DNA of 38,095 nt, taken from a virus (lineage: Duplodnaviria > Caudoviricetes). Positions within the stretch are counted from its first letter, which is position 1; each line of letters starts with the position of its first letter. The stretch is taken from positions 1 to 38,095 of the IMG/VR virus record IMGVR_UViG_3300020045_005153, one strand, 5' to 3'. Positions 19,700 to 28,601 of this stretch are shown here, in pieces. The position numbers and the translations under genes are program-made. Under the pieces are notes generated by a model. It was not told the origin of the DNA and did no database searches. It worked only from the letters and a program-made list of their open reading frames with translations.

Positions 19700-19880
19700 T
19701 TACTTCTTTCAAAGGTCTTGCTTGAAGAGGTCCTTGCAAAGTTTCGTGTGATAGAAGTCCTGTAAAGCGCATTATACGCTGACAACACACAGGAACTTTT
19801 AAAGCTACGGTCATAGGTGTAGGAGACCAGGTAAGATAATTACATTCATCACACTTAAATAGTCCGTATTTCACGTGCAT
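19683..19880 (-). CDS. Small Zn-ribbon-like hypothetical protein
   Basis: CDEC...VCC; AT-rich; overlaps both neighbours; start taken at MHVK. Confidence 0.5.
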   Translation of the reverse strand: MHVKYGLFKCDECNYLTWSPTPMTVALKVPVCCQRIMRFTGLLSHETLQGPLQARPLKEVNVEEI

Positions 19881-22420
19881 TCTCCCCAACTCAGTTCGGA
19901 GGTTTTAATCCCCGTGGGGATCACTAGTGGATCATCGTAAGGGACCACGATGCGAGCAGCCTCCTGCATCCGAGGCAGGAGATAGTCGCGCCGGTGGGTA
20001 GGGAACTGTCCTGCGAGTGAATCATGTACTTGAAGGAGTGTTTGCACTTCGGGCACATCGCGGTGAAAGTTAATCCAGCAGCGGTTGATGACAATCCCCA
20101 CAGTGGACTGGGGGACCCAGGCGACGGCGGCTGGCATGATATCGTCGGTAATGCGGTCAAAGATATACCAGCGATACCCGAACTTGTTTTCGACGAAGCG
20201 GAACTTTGTAACCTGACCAATGATGCGCTTGTGCCACGCTTCAATGCCTGGGTACCGGCTGAAATACTTCTTCTGTGCAAGATCGATTTCATGAACTCCC
20301 TTTCCAGTGTGAGCAGCCATTGTCTTGGCCTTACCGAGATAGTTGGTTCCGTGGCAGAATACCTTGGCGAATTCCCGAAGGTGCTTCCGAGGGCCGCGAT
20401 GGTCCCAGTACTTTGAGTGGGATTCCACCAGTTCTTCAAGGGGAGGCGGCTCCTTCCCTTCAATACCATACACGTTAAGAAGGTGCATATCCGCTCCAAG
20501 CTTCAGCGCGGCCTTCAGTGTAGAATCATCAGCTTCCCAAGCAACCACTTGCAGATCAGCTCGATCCAGGTCCATATCAAAGAAAGTGAAACCAGGGTCA
20601 GGCCCAAACATGCTACGAATATTAGGGAGCTGAAAGTCCATACTTCCCCGAGCAGCCGCCTTGCCAGCTGACTTCGACTTCTCAGAAGGTATGGTCTGCA
20701 AATTTCCTCCCGAACCGAAAGGATTCTTGCTACTGCTAAGTCGGTAAGAGTAGGGGGCGGATTTAACTCCTTCTTTCTCTGCATCTTTATCTCCTGCGTC
20801 ACCAGCTATGTTGAAGGAACAACGCATCCTCCCGTCGAAGTCGAGGGGCATTCCGACGAAGTCCTTTAGATACTTACGGAGGGTGCGTATGTCTGCGATT
20901 GCATTGCAGATAGGGAGGAGGAGAGGCTCCTTTCGGGCAATCTTGGTAAGGGCTTCGTCGTCGCAGGAAGGAGACATCTTCACGAACCCGTTCACGAAGG
21001 AACGCTTGAGGATCGGCGGCTGACGGAGGTCCTCGTAGAAGAGAGTCTGCATCTGCTTCGGAGAGGCGGGATTTATGGAATGGCCGAGGACTTTGAAGAG
21101 GAATGCCTCCCTGTGGGACAACTCCTCCTCGATATCCACCGCCATCTGCGCCTTCCGTTCGGGAAGGACGCGGACTCCCTTCAGCATCGCGCGGAGGACA
21201 GGGAAGAAGAGGGCTTGCTGCGTCGCCTCTACTTCCTTCAGCCCCATCACTTCTATTGACTTCTGTAGAACCTCCCCGACTTCCCGCGTGTAGACACAAT
21301 CTTGGAGATTGTAACGCCAGCGTTGCTCCTCGGGAACTTCGGAGTCGATCTTTCCTTCATCCTTCCAGTAGACGTACCAGTCGGCGTACATGGAGGCGAC
21401 GAAACCGAGGGACTTTTGCTGCGCGGCGAAGAGGGAGTGCTGGCTGATCATCGTGTCCTGGCCGCCGCGAGGAATGAAGTGCCAGTTGTGGTGGACAATC
21501 TGGGAGTCAAACAGGCCGTTATGCCAGCGAACGCGGACATTCTTGTGGGTGAGGAGACGGTAAAGCATGAAGACGATCTGCGCTTCCTCCTCAAGGGACC
21601 AGTATCCTTCCTTATTCTGGCGGCTCATGAAGGGGATGCAGATTGCCTCAGTGCGACTCCAGCCAATGCCGATACAGTCGATGTAAACGTGACCCTTCCC
21701 GCGAGTTTCAATGTCGAAGTCGAGCCATACTGGTTCTACACAATCTCTGCAATTAAATATTAATTTATTAAGTGTATCCCAGACAGTTTCGAAGATAGGA
21801 CGTACTTTAAATTTCCAAGTTGGCCGATTGTCATAGGTGCGAGAAGTCATATGCCGCTTCACCCGACGAAGATCGTTCAGGACAACCGCGCGGAGATTCC
21901 ATTCCTTGACGATGGCGGCGGGAGGGAGAGTGGGGATTACCTTTATTGGACTCTCCCCCCGTACAGACAAGTGTGCAGGTGTCTGTCCCTCGTGTCCTGT
22001 AAGGAGTTGCGACCCTCTCCACTTCGTAACTCCCCACTTACCTGTAAGGGCCCACATTGCGAGATTGCCGAAGGCGATGATGATGTTCGGCTGGACCATC
22101 TCGATTTCGGTCAGGAGTTCCTTGTAACCTTCTATTATTTCCTTGGTTACCCACTTATCCCGCAAGAGAGAGTGTGCTGGTCCCACGTCTTTCTTCTTCA
22201 GCGCCACGAAGGAAGAGATTTGACCAAGCGGCGGCCGAACCTTGCATACCGCCGTAGTGTAACACTCCGAACGCATAATCCCGGCTTCGTGGAGCATCCT
22301 ATTAAGTTCTGCTCCCCGGAAGGCGGCAAAGTAATATCCTTTCTCCGTCTCGTCATCATCAGGAGCTTCAGCGACCAGCATGATGCGAGAAGGGATTGGT
22401 CCGCTACCTTGAACCTTCAT
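19871..22420 (-). CDS. Family A DNA polymerase with N-terminal uracil-DNA-glycosylase-like domain and 3'-5' exonuclease
   Basis: UDG-like 'IMLVAEAP..VCKVRPP..PNIIIAFGNLA'; Exo I DFDIET, Exo II HNGLFD, Exo III YNLQD; RLSSS/NLQTIP; motif A DLDRAD, B REFAKVFCHGTNY, C QVHDS. Confidence 0.92.
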   Translation of the reverse strand: MKVQGSGPIPSRIMLVAEAPDDDETEKGYYFAAFRGAELNRMLHEAGIMRSECYTTAVCKVRPPLGQISSFVALKKKDVGPAHSLLRDKWVTKEIIEGYKELLTEIEMVQPNIIIAFGNLAMWALTGKWGVTKWRGSQLLTGHEGQTPAHLSVRGESPIKVIPTLPPAAIVKEWNLRAVVLNDLRRVKRHMTSRTYDNRPTWKFKVRPIFETVWDTLNKLIFNCRDCVEPVWLDFDIETRGKGHVYIDCIGIGWSRTEAICIPFMSRQNKEGYWSLEEEAQIVFMLYRLLTHKNVRVRWHNGLFDSQIVHHNWHFIPRGGQDTMISQHSLFAAQQKSLGFVASMYADWYVYWKDEGKIDSEVPEEQRWRYNLQDCVYTREVGEVLQKSIEVMGLKEVEATQQALFFPVLRAMLKGVRVLPERKAQMAVDIEEELSHREAFLFKVLGHSINPASPKQMQTLFYEDLRQPPILKRSFVNGFVKMSPSCDDEALTKIARKEPLLLPICNAIADIRTLRKYLKDFVGMPLDFDGRMRCSFNIAGDAGDKDAEKEGVKSAPYSYRLSSSKNPFGSGGNLQTIPSEKSKSAGKAAARGSMDFQLPNIRSMFGPDPGFTFFDMDLDRADLQVVAWEADDSTLKAALKLGADMHLLNVYGIEGKEPPPLEELVESHSKYWDHRGPRKHLREFAKVFCHGTNYLGKAKTMAAHTGKGVHEIDLAQKKYFSRYPGIEAWHKRIIGQVTKFRFVENKFGYRWYIFDRITDDIMPAAVAWVPQSTVGIVINRCWINFHRDVPEVQTLLQVHDSLAGQFPTHRRDYLLPRMQEAARIVVPYDDPLVIPTGIKTSELSWGECT

Positions 22421-22860
22421 TCGGGTAACTCTACTGGCAGAGGACGAGCACCTTGTGCTTTATAACAAGGTAATGTCATTAATTTCTTATTTTTTTCAGA
22501 GTCCCAAAAAGCAATTCGTCCATAAAGACACGCAGGCTCTTCTTTCGTCTCCCGTTCCCACGAAAAATCTTTACGAATAAAGAGTGGGGTAATTGCATCT
22601 ATAAATTCTTCAGGAGAAATAAGAGTCCGTAACCAACTTGCCATTGCTTTACAAGTTTCTTCTTGCCTGCCGCTGAAAGCAAGTGAAAGATAATTTACTC
22701 TATGATGAGTCAAGGCTTGTTGTGTTTCTCCGGAAAAGCCAATGGTAACAGGAAAAGATAAATCAAAATAAGCTCTTGCAGGTCCTGTAAATACTTGGAA
22801 ATGCTGGTAAAGCCAGACATTGAGAAATTCCGCTGTTCTTGGTAAATCTTTTGTATTCAT
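22417..22860 (-). CDS. Hypothetical protein (AT-rich insert)
   Basis: 147 aa with ATGA overlaps on both sides. Confidence 0.7.
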   Translation of the reverse strand: MNTKDLPRTAEFLNVWLYQHFQVFTGPARAYFDLSFPVTIGFSGETQQALTHHRVNYLSLAFSGRQEETCKAMASWLRTLISPEEFIDAITPLFIRKDFSWERETKEEPACLYGRIAFWDSEKNKKLMTLPCYKAQGARPLPVELPE

Positions 22861-24212
22861 TCCGGCAACTCCTGTGGTTTGTCCAATCCCTCAACTCTTT
22901 TCACCGCGATCCCGTAGGAAGCGGTGTCCATCTCAATCCCTGTAGCTGCACATTTCAACGTGTGGGCCGCCGGGAAGATCGGGCCGGTCCCGCAGAAAGG
23001 ATCGAGGACGGTATCCCCTGGGCGGACACTTCGGCTAAGGAGTTCCTGGAAGAGGGCGACCGGTTTTTGCGCAGAATGGCCGAGGTTGCTGTCCGGCGGG
23101 AAGTCCAACACATCCCCGGCGAGCTTCAACGTCTGCCGCTTTCCCTTCACCGCGTAGAGGAGACATTCCCATTTCCGCTGTGGCCCCTCCTTCGGCCAGG
23201 GAGCGCGCATCCCTCCCTTCTTCAGCCAGATAAGGGGGGTGCGAAAGCAGGTCCATTTTGCAAATCTAAATTCATTTCGTAAGAATATGAACCAGTCAGG
23301 GTCGCAAAATAAATATAAATGTGCTTGTGCTTTAGCGACTCTAAAAGTTTCATAAGGAAGCACTTTCATTATTCGATGAAAGTTTTCTTCATCATCTACA
23401 TAAGCATGTCCCCCGACTGCCCCGCCTGCTCCCCCCGAGTCTCCAAACTCATCTGCCCCCATCCCGTAGGGAGGATCAGTAAGGATCACATCGAAGCTTT
23501 CCGCCGGCGCTTCTTGTAACCAGGTGAGGGCATCAGTATTCCTAAGGGTGTGGATTGCAGAGGAGAAAGTTCGTCCCACCCGAAGTCCAAGCTCAGCATT
23601 TCGCTCGGTGGACTCAACACGTTTGAGTATCTTGAAAGCTTCCTCCGCCGACTTAGCGGCGGCGATTTCTGGTCGGCTAAGGTGAGGCGCAAGGAGTAGC
23701 TCCCGTCGCGTCGCTTCGTGATAACTCCCGTCAGCGGAACCTCGGACTTCAGTTGCAATGTCCGCGACCGTCGGAGCGGTCTTTCCACTCTCGGCGGCTT
23801 GTTTATTTCGTAATGATGCGAGCCGAGAAACAGCAGCAGCCCGGTCTTGCCAAGTGAGATCTTCACGATGCGTGTTCTCCTCGAGTTCGGCCTCTTCCGC
23901 CGCGAGGGGGGACAGGTCGGTGAATAGAGTGTAAGGGATATGGCCGAGGGGAACTTCCTGGCCGTCGTGCTGGATGGAAGTGCCGAGGGCGGCAAGGTCT
24001 GTGATGGCGCGAAGGCGACGTTCGCCGGCGACTAAGGTTAACTGTGGAACTTCACCAAGTTCAAGGCAGGCAGAAGTGTGGCGAAGAATAATCGGATGCA
24101 GTAACCCTCGCTTCGATATTCCATCTGCAAACTCTTGGAGGGAAGCGGCAGGAAAGGTACGACGCTGGCGGTCGGGGGAGATTACTATTTTTGAGAGAGG
24201 GATTGTTTTCAC
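22857..24212 (-). CDS. ParB-like N-terminal domain fused to an N6A/N4C DNA methyltransferase
   Basis: 'GLLHPII..LVAGERRLRA..ELEEN..REDL' ParB/Srx motifs; 'ILTDPPY', 'H.AQKP' and 'VLDPFCGTG' in beta-class order. Confidence 0.85.
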   Translation of the reverse strand: MKTIPLSKIVISPDRQRRTFPAASLQEFADGISKRGLLHPIILRHTSACLELGEVPQLTLVAGERRLRAITDLAALGTSIQHDGQEVPLGHIPYTLFTDLSPLAAEEAELEENTHREDLTWQDRAAAVSRLASLRNKQAAESGKTAPTVADIATEVRGSADGSYHEATRRELLLAPHLSRPEIAAAKSAEEAFKILKRVESTERNAELGLRVGRTFSSAIHTLRNTDALTWLQEAPAESFDVILTDPPYGMGADEFGDSGGAGGAVGGHAYVDDEENFHRIMKVLPYETFRVAKAQAHLYLFCDPDWFIFLRNEFRFAKWTCFRTPLIWLKKGGMRAPWPKEGPQRKWECLLYAVKGKRQTLKLAGDVLDFPPDSNLGHSAQKPVALFQELLSRSVRPGDTVLDPFCGTGPIFPAAHTLKCAATGIEMDTASYGIAVKRVEGLDKPQELPE

Positions 24213-24235
24213 TTACTTACTCCAACAGAAAGGGG

Positions 24236-24275
24236 GAAAAGAGGCCGCCAGCTGACATAATAAAAGCTGGCGGCC
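24236..24275 (-). terminator. Rho-independent terminator
   Basis: 11-bp stem GGCCGCCAGCT/AGCTGGCGGCC followed on the - strand by TCTTTTT. Confidence 0.65.
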
Positions 24276-24283
24276 CAGGAAAA

Positions 24284-24493
24284 CTACATCGACTTTTCAC
24301 CTGTAAGGGTGCAATTATTAATACTAGCGTCTGCGGTGAGTCCTTTTGAAATTATAGCAAGGGCCGCCCGGACAGTTTCTTGTTCCATCCGATTCTTAGC
24401 CGCCGACTCAAAAATCCGGGAGATGAGGTCTCCTAGATTCTTTGTCGAGTCCTTCTCGAAATGTCCGCCAATCTGGATAAGAGGTGCATTCAT
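24284..24493 (-). CDS. Hypothetical protein
   Basis: Start taken at MNAPLIQ, just after the SSB stop; 69 aa. Confidence 0.55.
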   Translation of the reverse strand: MNAPLIQIGGHFEKDSTKNLGDLISRIFESAAKNRMEQETVRAALAIISKGLTADASINNCTLTGEKSM

Positions 24494-24495
24494 GA

Positions 24496-24987
24496 TTAAC
24501 TCGGAAGAACCTGTGCAACTTTCTCCACAATATTCCCTTCGTACAGTTCGTGGGCCAGCTTCACCTTCACTGTCCGCCCTTGCAGCATCCTCCACGCGAA
24601 CGGCTCCCCTGGATTATTCATCCCGGTAGCGTCGCGGTAGGCCTTCTGCGCTCGATTCTTCCCCTTGCTGTTATCCAGCCCACCCTGGGGGGTGAGGTCG
24701 AGGAAGGCCCGGTCGGTGAGTTGGAACTCCGGCGGGAGACCGAGGGCTTGCACCTGTGGGGGGAATTGGAGCTTCAACGGAATAACCATGCTGATCCAAG
24801 GCTGGCCTGTACGCTCTCCCTTCCCGATCACGCCGGAGTCAGTCTTGATCTCCCCGATAACAGCGGTGTAAAGGCCGTTCGGGTCGTCAGGATTTTCCAC
24901 CGGGATCAGGGGGCGCTTCTCGTTGACTTCGGTCTGTTGCGCATCCAGGAACTTCTGTGGGTCGAAACCACTCATTGCTTCACTCAT
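24496..24987 (-). CDS. Putative single-stranded DNA-binding protein (DUF669-like OB fold)
   Basis: 'P.G.Y.AVI', 'LQGRTVKVK..H..Y.G' pattern; RBS AAGGAG; beside the Sak4-like ATPase. Confidence 0.6.
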   Translation of the reverse strand: MSEAMSGFDPQKFLDAQQTEVNEKRPLIPVENPDDPNGLYTAVIGEIKTDSGVIGKGERTGQPWISMVIPLKLQFPPQVQALGLPPEFQLTDRAFLDLTPQGGLDNSKGKNRAQKAYRDATGMNNPGEPFAWRMLQGRTVKVKLAHELYEGNIVEKVAQVLPS

Positions 24988-25045
24988 GCTATTACTCCTT
25001 CAGTTGTCGGGCAGATTAACGCTCTGCGCCGGGGGCGTTTGATGC

Positions 25046-25225
25046 TTAGTAATACGTTGTCTCTTTCCCTTCTAGCTTTACTTGAATCTCCGATTTCGCG
25101 TAGGAGGAATTGGGGACTGCGTGGATGTATTTGTCGAGCTCCTCCATCACACGCTTCTGGGTGTAGCCTGCAGGGACAGGGATGCGGACACTTAGGGTTA
25201 AGATGGTACGCTGGCGGCGGCTCAT
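25046..25225 (-). CDS. Hypothetical protein (59 aa, MSRRQRTILT...)
   Basis: Translated by hand; ATGA overlap with the upstream gene and GGAG upstream. Confidence 0.6.
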   Translation of the reverse strand: MSRRQRTILTLSVRIPVPAGYTQKRVMEELDKYIHAVPNSSYAKSEIQVKLEGKETTYY

Positions 25226-25392
25226 TTCTTCTTCTCCGGTTTTGAAAAGTCTACATAAATTTCTGTGACCCCGTTACGGGTAAGAGTAACATCTTCCTCG
25301 TCGAAGTGAAGCATGCAATCTTCACACAAAACCTGTACATCCGAGTCAGAAGGAAAATTTTTCAGGTATTCACGTAGAGCGGAGACTTTCAT
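25222..25392 (-). CDS. Hypothetical protein (56 aa, MKVSALREYL...)
   Basis: Translated by hand; ATGA-coupled to the ATPase gene. Confidence 0.6.
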   Translation of the reverse strand: MKVSALREYLKNFPSDSDVQVLCEDCMLHFDEEDVTLTRNGVTEIYVDFSKPEKKK

Positions 25393-26252
25393 TTCCCCAC
25401 TCCCGCTCTCTTAGCCCACACGTCAAAGATCTGTGCGAAGTCGGGAGCAATCCCCGCCCGGTAGCCGAGACTCCTCGTCTTCACATCCACCCCGTACTCA
25501 GCGGTGTCCCAGGTGAACTTCGCTCCGTCCCGCTTCGCGTAGATGACTTCGGAGAAAAGGGTGGGAATCTCCGTCGCAAGGGCCTTCCCGATCGCCTTAA
25601 TCATGATCTTGGTGGACTGAGTAACCCCGTCGGTCTCCCTGTCCACATGGGCAGTTATCACGAACGGGCAATCGCATCCCTGAGTGACGAGGCGGAGGAA
25701 GTTCATCAAGTTATTCTGTGCCACCCCGTAGTCACCGGGGGAGGCCATCGGGCGGGAGCCGATCTGCATCTTCATAGCGGCGTTGCTGGTCTCGGTGAGG
25801 GAGTCCATCGCAAATACTCGCTTCAGGGGGAACTTGTCCACCGGTCCAAGGGATTTCCCGGTGCGGTCGTCGATGAAATCGGAGCATGATTTGAGTATCT
25901 TCCAAAACGCGTTGTTCTCTCCGCCGCGATTCCCGTCCACTGACTTAGCGAGAGATTCATAGGACAGTTTCCCCACGTTGTCGGCGGCAGTTACTAGGGA
26001 AGCGAGGGAGATCGGCTTCGTCTGCTGCTGGTGCCAGTAGATGTTCGGCGGCGGCTCCACCCCCCTGTCCCGGAAGTATCCGAGGAACGTCTCACTACTA
26101 TTCTCGGTGAAGAGGATGGCGAGTTCGAATCCGTTTTTCATGCACCAGTCTGCGAGCGTGCCAAGGGAGTGGGTTTTCCCTGTGCCGCCGAGCCCCATTA
26201 TGCAGATCTTGGGGCCGACGAGTGTGCGGGTGTCAGTTACTTCAGTAGTCAT
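25389..26252 (-). CDS. AAA_24 / Sak4-like ATPase (recombination)
   Basis: Walker A GLGGTGKT, Walker B FAMDSLT, 'DYG', 'ITAH'; near the SSB and exonuclease genes. Confidence 0.8.
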   Translation of the reverse strand: MTTEVTDTRTLVGPKICIMGLGGTGKTHSLGTLADWCMKNGFELAILFTENSSETFLGYFRDRGVEPPPNIYWHQQQTKPISLASLVTAADNVGKLSYESLAKSVDGNRGGENNAFWKILKSCSDFIDDRTGKSLGPVDKFPLKRVFAMDSLTETSNAAMKMQIGSRPMASPGDYGVAQNNLMNFLRLVTQGCDCPFVITAHVDRETDGVTQSTKIMIKAIGKALATEIPTLFSEVIYAKRDGAKFTWDTAEYGVDVKTRSLGYRAGIAPDFAQIFDVWAKRAGVGK

Positions 26253-26554
26253 TCTGGTCTTCCTTTCTCATTCCAGTTAAGATGCAATTCTAACTCTCTT
26301 TTCAATAGCTCTGGTGGCATCAGGTGAAGCTCATTCCCTCCAAGTATTCCAATTAAACTCCCCGGAGGGGACCATTCAAAGAGCCAATAAGGACATTTTT
26401 CACAGGCGGTTATCTGCACTGCCCAGCGCCGAGGAGGTTGGAAGACGCTCGCCCAGACCTCCCCACAATGGGGGCAAAGGAGTGCGATACTGACGCCGAG
26501 GGAAGGAGCGAGTTGGCCTTCATAACTACGACTTCCCAGGAACCACGTTAACAT
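26249..26554 (-). CDS. Zn-finger hypothetical protein
   Basis: CPHCGEVWA...CEKC; start taken at MLTWF behind GGAG. Confidence 0.65.
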   Translation of the reverse strand: MLTWFLGSRSYEGQLAPSLGVSIALLCPHCGEVWASVFQPPRRWAVQITACEKCPYWLFEWSPPGSLIGILGGNELHLMPPELLKRELELHLNWNEKGRPE

Positions 26555-26783
26555 TATCTTTCTCCGGGCAATAGATGTAAGAAGTACGTTTACGAGTGTT
26601 GAGATTGATAATGCAACTTTGCCATTCAACCTCGGCGGCGTCCTTCGTGGGAAAAAGGATGGTGATGGGGAATACTTTCTTAACTGAACTTCTTTGCTGA
26701 TTTACTTCCCAGGCGCCGCCGAAAGCAAATCCGATACTTACAGATAGGATAGACACAATTAAGATTGTAAAACTGTCTCTCAC
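26526..26783 (-). CDS. Hypothetical protein with N-terminal TM segment
   Basis: 85 aa, GTG start overlapping the upstream stop. Confidence 0.55.
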   Translation of the reverse strand: MRDSFTILIVSILSVSIGFAFGGAWEVNQQRSSVKKVFPITILFPTKDAAEVEWQSCIINLNTRKRTSYIYCPEKDNVNVVPGKS

Positions 26784-27010
26784 TTCGCACTCTCTAAGGT
26801 GCGGATTCTATTCTCAAGATAGTCTGCTGCGTATGACTTCACGTAATCGCCCTCTGCTTTCCAGTCCACGCCGACTTCTGCAATGTGCTTCGCGCATTCC
26901 TCCCGTACAGCAGCGGCGACGGCTTGGAGGGCGAATAACCGTTTATCATCTGCGTTCACCATACCGCATCGGTCAAAATTCAAAGCATAGATTCTCTCAA
27001 CGTCGATCAT
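26780..27010 (-). CDS. Hypothetical protein
   Basis: 76 aa, RBS AAGGA, 'AVREECAK' motif common in small phage proteins. Confidence 0.65.
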   Translation of the reverse strand: MIDVERIYALNFDRCGMVNADDKRLFALQAVAAAVREECAKHIAEVGVDWKAEGDYVKSYAADYLENRIRTLESAK

Positions 27011-27032
27011 GTCAGTCCTTTGTCTGCTTTGG

Positions 27033-27200
27033 TCATTTCTGCGAGTCCTTTAGCGAATCTGTTTTGACCAGTTCCTTAACTGTCTGCTTAACCAAATCTT
27101 CATACCACCAGATGTATGACAAGTTCTTTGCTGCCCAAGATGATCCATAGATAATGGTGGCTATGACACATACAACGAGTAAGCCTCCTAACGCTTTCAT
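27033..27200 (-). CDS. Small membrane protein (55 aa, MKALGGLLVV...)
   Basis: Translated by hand; ATGA overlap, GGAGG RBS, one TM segment. Confidence 0.6.
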   Translation of the reverse strand: MKALGGLLVVCVIATIIYGSSWAAKNLSYIWWYEDLVKQTVKELVKTDSLKDSQK

Positions 27201-27679
27201 TTCCCCTCCCCCTCGATCTGCGCCCGGAGTACGTCGCGTTCTTGACGAAGTTCTGCGACCATTTGAAAGTGTTGATCGAGCAATATGCCCAACCGGTTTG
27301 CTTCTTTGGCTTGGTCCATGAGTCTGTCAATTGCAACTTTGCAGCCAACATTCTTCAACCAGTTTTTAATGTCGTCGATCTGCTCATCACCAAGGGGCGC
27401 AGCCTCCCTGCACGCAACAGCACTGTAGGACGCGCCATCTGCGATAAGATCGTGTGTTCTGCCGCCTTGCTGTCCGTGGGTTGTATTGCGGGTGATAATG
27501 TTCTTCTCTACAGATGAAGCGGCATGCTCAAGAGAGTAAGCGAATGCGAGTCGCTCCGCATCCTTCGCGCAGGCTTCGAGTTCACAGTACGGGCAACTTT
27601 GCGAGTCGCTTAGCCTGAAACCTTTAAGGCATACATTGCATTGGTGCAGATCTCCAGCGTAATTCAATTCTTTATGCAT
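27197..27679 (-). CDS. Hypothetical protein with N-terminal CxxC...CxxC
   Basis: Start taken at MHKELNY, right after the nuclease stop; GGAG RBS. Confidence 0.6.
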   Translation of the reverse strand: MHKELNYAGDLHQCNVCLKGFRLSDSQSCPYCELEACAKDAERLAFAYSLEHAASSVEKNIITRNTTHGQQGGRTHDLIADGASYSAVACREAAPLGDEQIDDIKNWLKNVGCKVAIDRLMDQAKEANRLGILLDQHFQMVAELRQERDVLRAQIEGEGK

Positions 27680-27680
27680 C

Positions 27681-28601
27681 TCACTCTCCATCCAGCGCGG
27701 CGATAATAGTTTCCTTCCTCGACACTGGGTCCCATTTCCTTCGTTCAAAGCGTTGCTTGAGAAGATCTGTCGGGTCCCTCATCTGACACACGTCCCGGAA
27801 GGGGCAGCCGCCATACTCTGCACAAGCGTGATCAAGATTGTAGTCGAAGTAGTCTTCCTCCCAATTCTGAATCATCCTGCGAAGGTCTCGAAGGAGCTGC
27901 TCATACCAGCGATCTATTTGCCAGGTTGGTCGGTAGGTGATGGCTTGGAGGGTGTCGTATTTTGTCTTAAGGATCGAGACTCCCCGAACGAGGAAGCCGT
28001 CGAGCTTGATCCCACCACGCGCTGCGCCCCAGACGTAGGAAGTGAACTGGGAGCGAAGATCCCACTGCCGGGGCCAGGATGCGCCAAGTTGAGAAGCGGT
28101 CTTGTCGTCCTCCCCGAGGTGCATTCCTTCGTAGTCACACATCATGTCAAGGCGACCGGAATAAAGGAGGGGGTCTCCGGTCTCAGGGTGCTTCAGATCA
28201 AGGGGCTCGAGGAAGGAGAATTCAATCCCGAGCTTTCCGCCGGGGAGAGTTAAGGGGACCGCTTTATCCGTCCCGAGAGGGTACCGGTCGAAGTAGAATT
28301 CAAGGGCACCCGCGGTTCGCTCGGCGGACTTGGCAGAATCAGCGGGACATTCGAAGTTTCCATAGGCAGTAAGTAACCGTTGGAGTCCAATGGCAACTGA
28401 ATCTTGAGGATTGGCCCCTTCGACGTAGAATGCAGTCCTAGCGGCCTCGAGACCGGCGGCATAGGCTGCTCCCGCGTGTAAGTGAATTGATTGATTTTGT
28501 AATTTCCAGTGTTCAAAATATTCTAGATATGACTTACGTCCACAACTTTTATACGCAGCCATCATTGACGAATCTATAACAGAAGGAAAGGGCGGTCTCA
28601 T
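27681..28601 (-). CDS. Cas4/RecB-like PD-(D/E)XK exonuclease
   Basis: 'IE', 'GRLD', 'DDKT', 'Q...Y' motifs; one N-terminal Cys plus C-terminal C-x5-C-x5-C (Fe-S ligand arrangement). Confidence 0.82.
   Translation of the reverse strand: MRPPFPSVIDSSMMAAYKSCGRKSYLEYFEHWKLQNQSIHLHAGAAYAAGLEAARTAFYVEGANPQDSVAIGLQRLLTAYGNFECPADSAKSAERTAGALEFYFDRYPLGTDKAVPLTLPGGKLGIEFSFLEPLDLKHPETGDPLLYSGRLDMMCDYEGMHLGEDDKTASQLGASWPRQWDLRSQFTSYVWGAARGGIKLDGFLVRGVSILKTKYDTLQAITYRPTWQIDRWYEQLLRDLRRMIQNWEEDYFDYNLDHACAEYGGCPFRDVCQMRDPTDLLKQRFERRKWDPVSRKETIIAALDGE

Noticed and set aside
18422-19765. 447-aa + strand ORF
   Set aside because: Antisense shadow of the motif-bearing DUF3987 gene; no RBS or recognisable motifs.
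27681-28601. CRISPR-Cas system (Cas4-like gene plus short repeats)
   Set aside because: No cas1/cas2 and no regularly spaced repeat-spacer array; solo Cas4-like nucleases are common in phage recombination modules.
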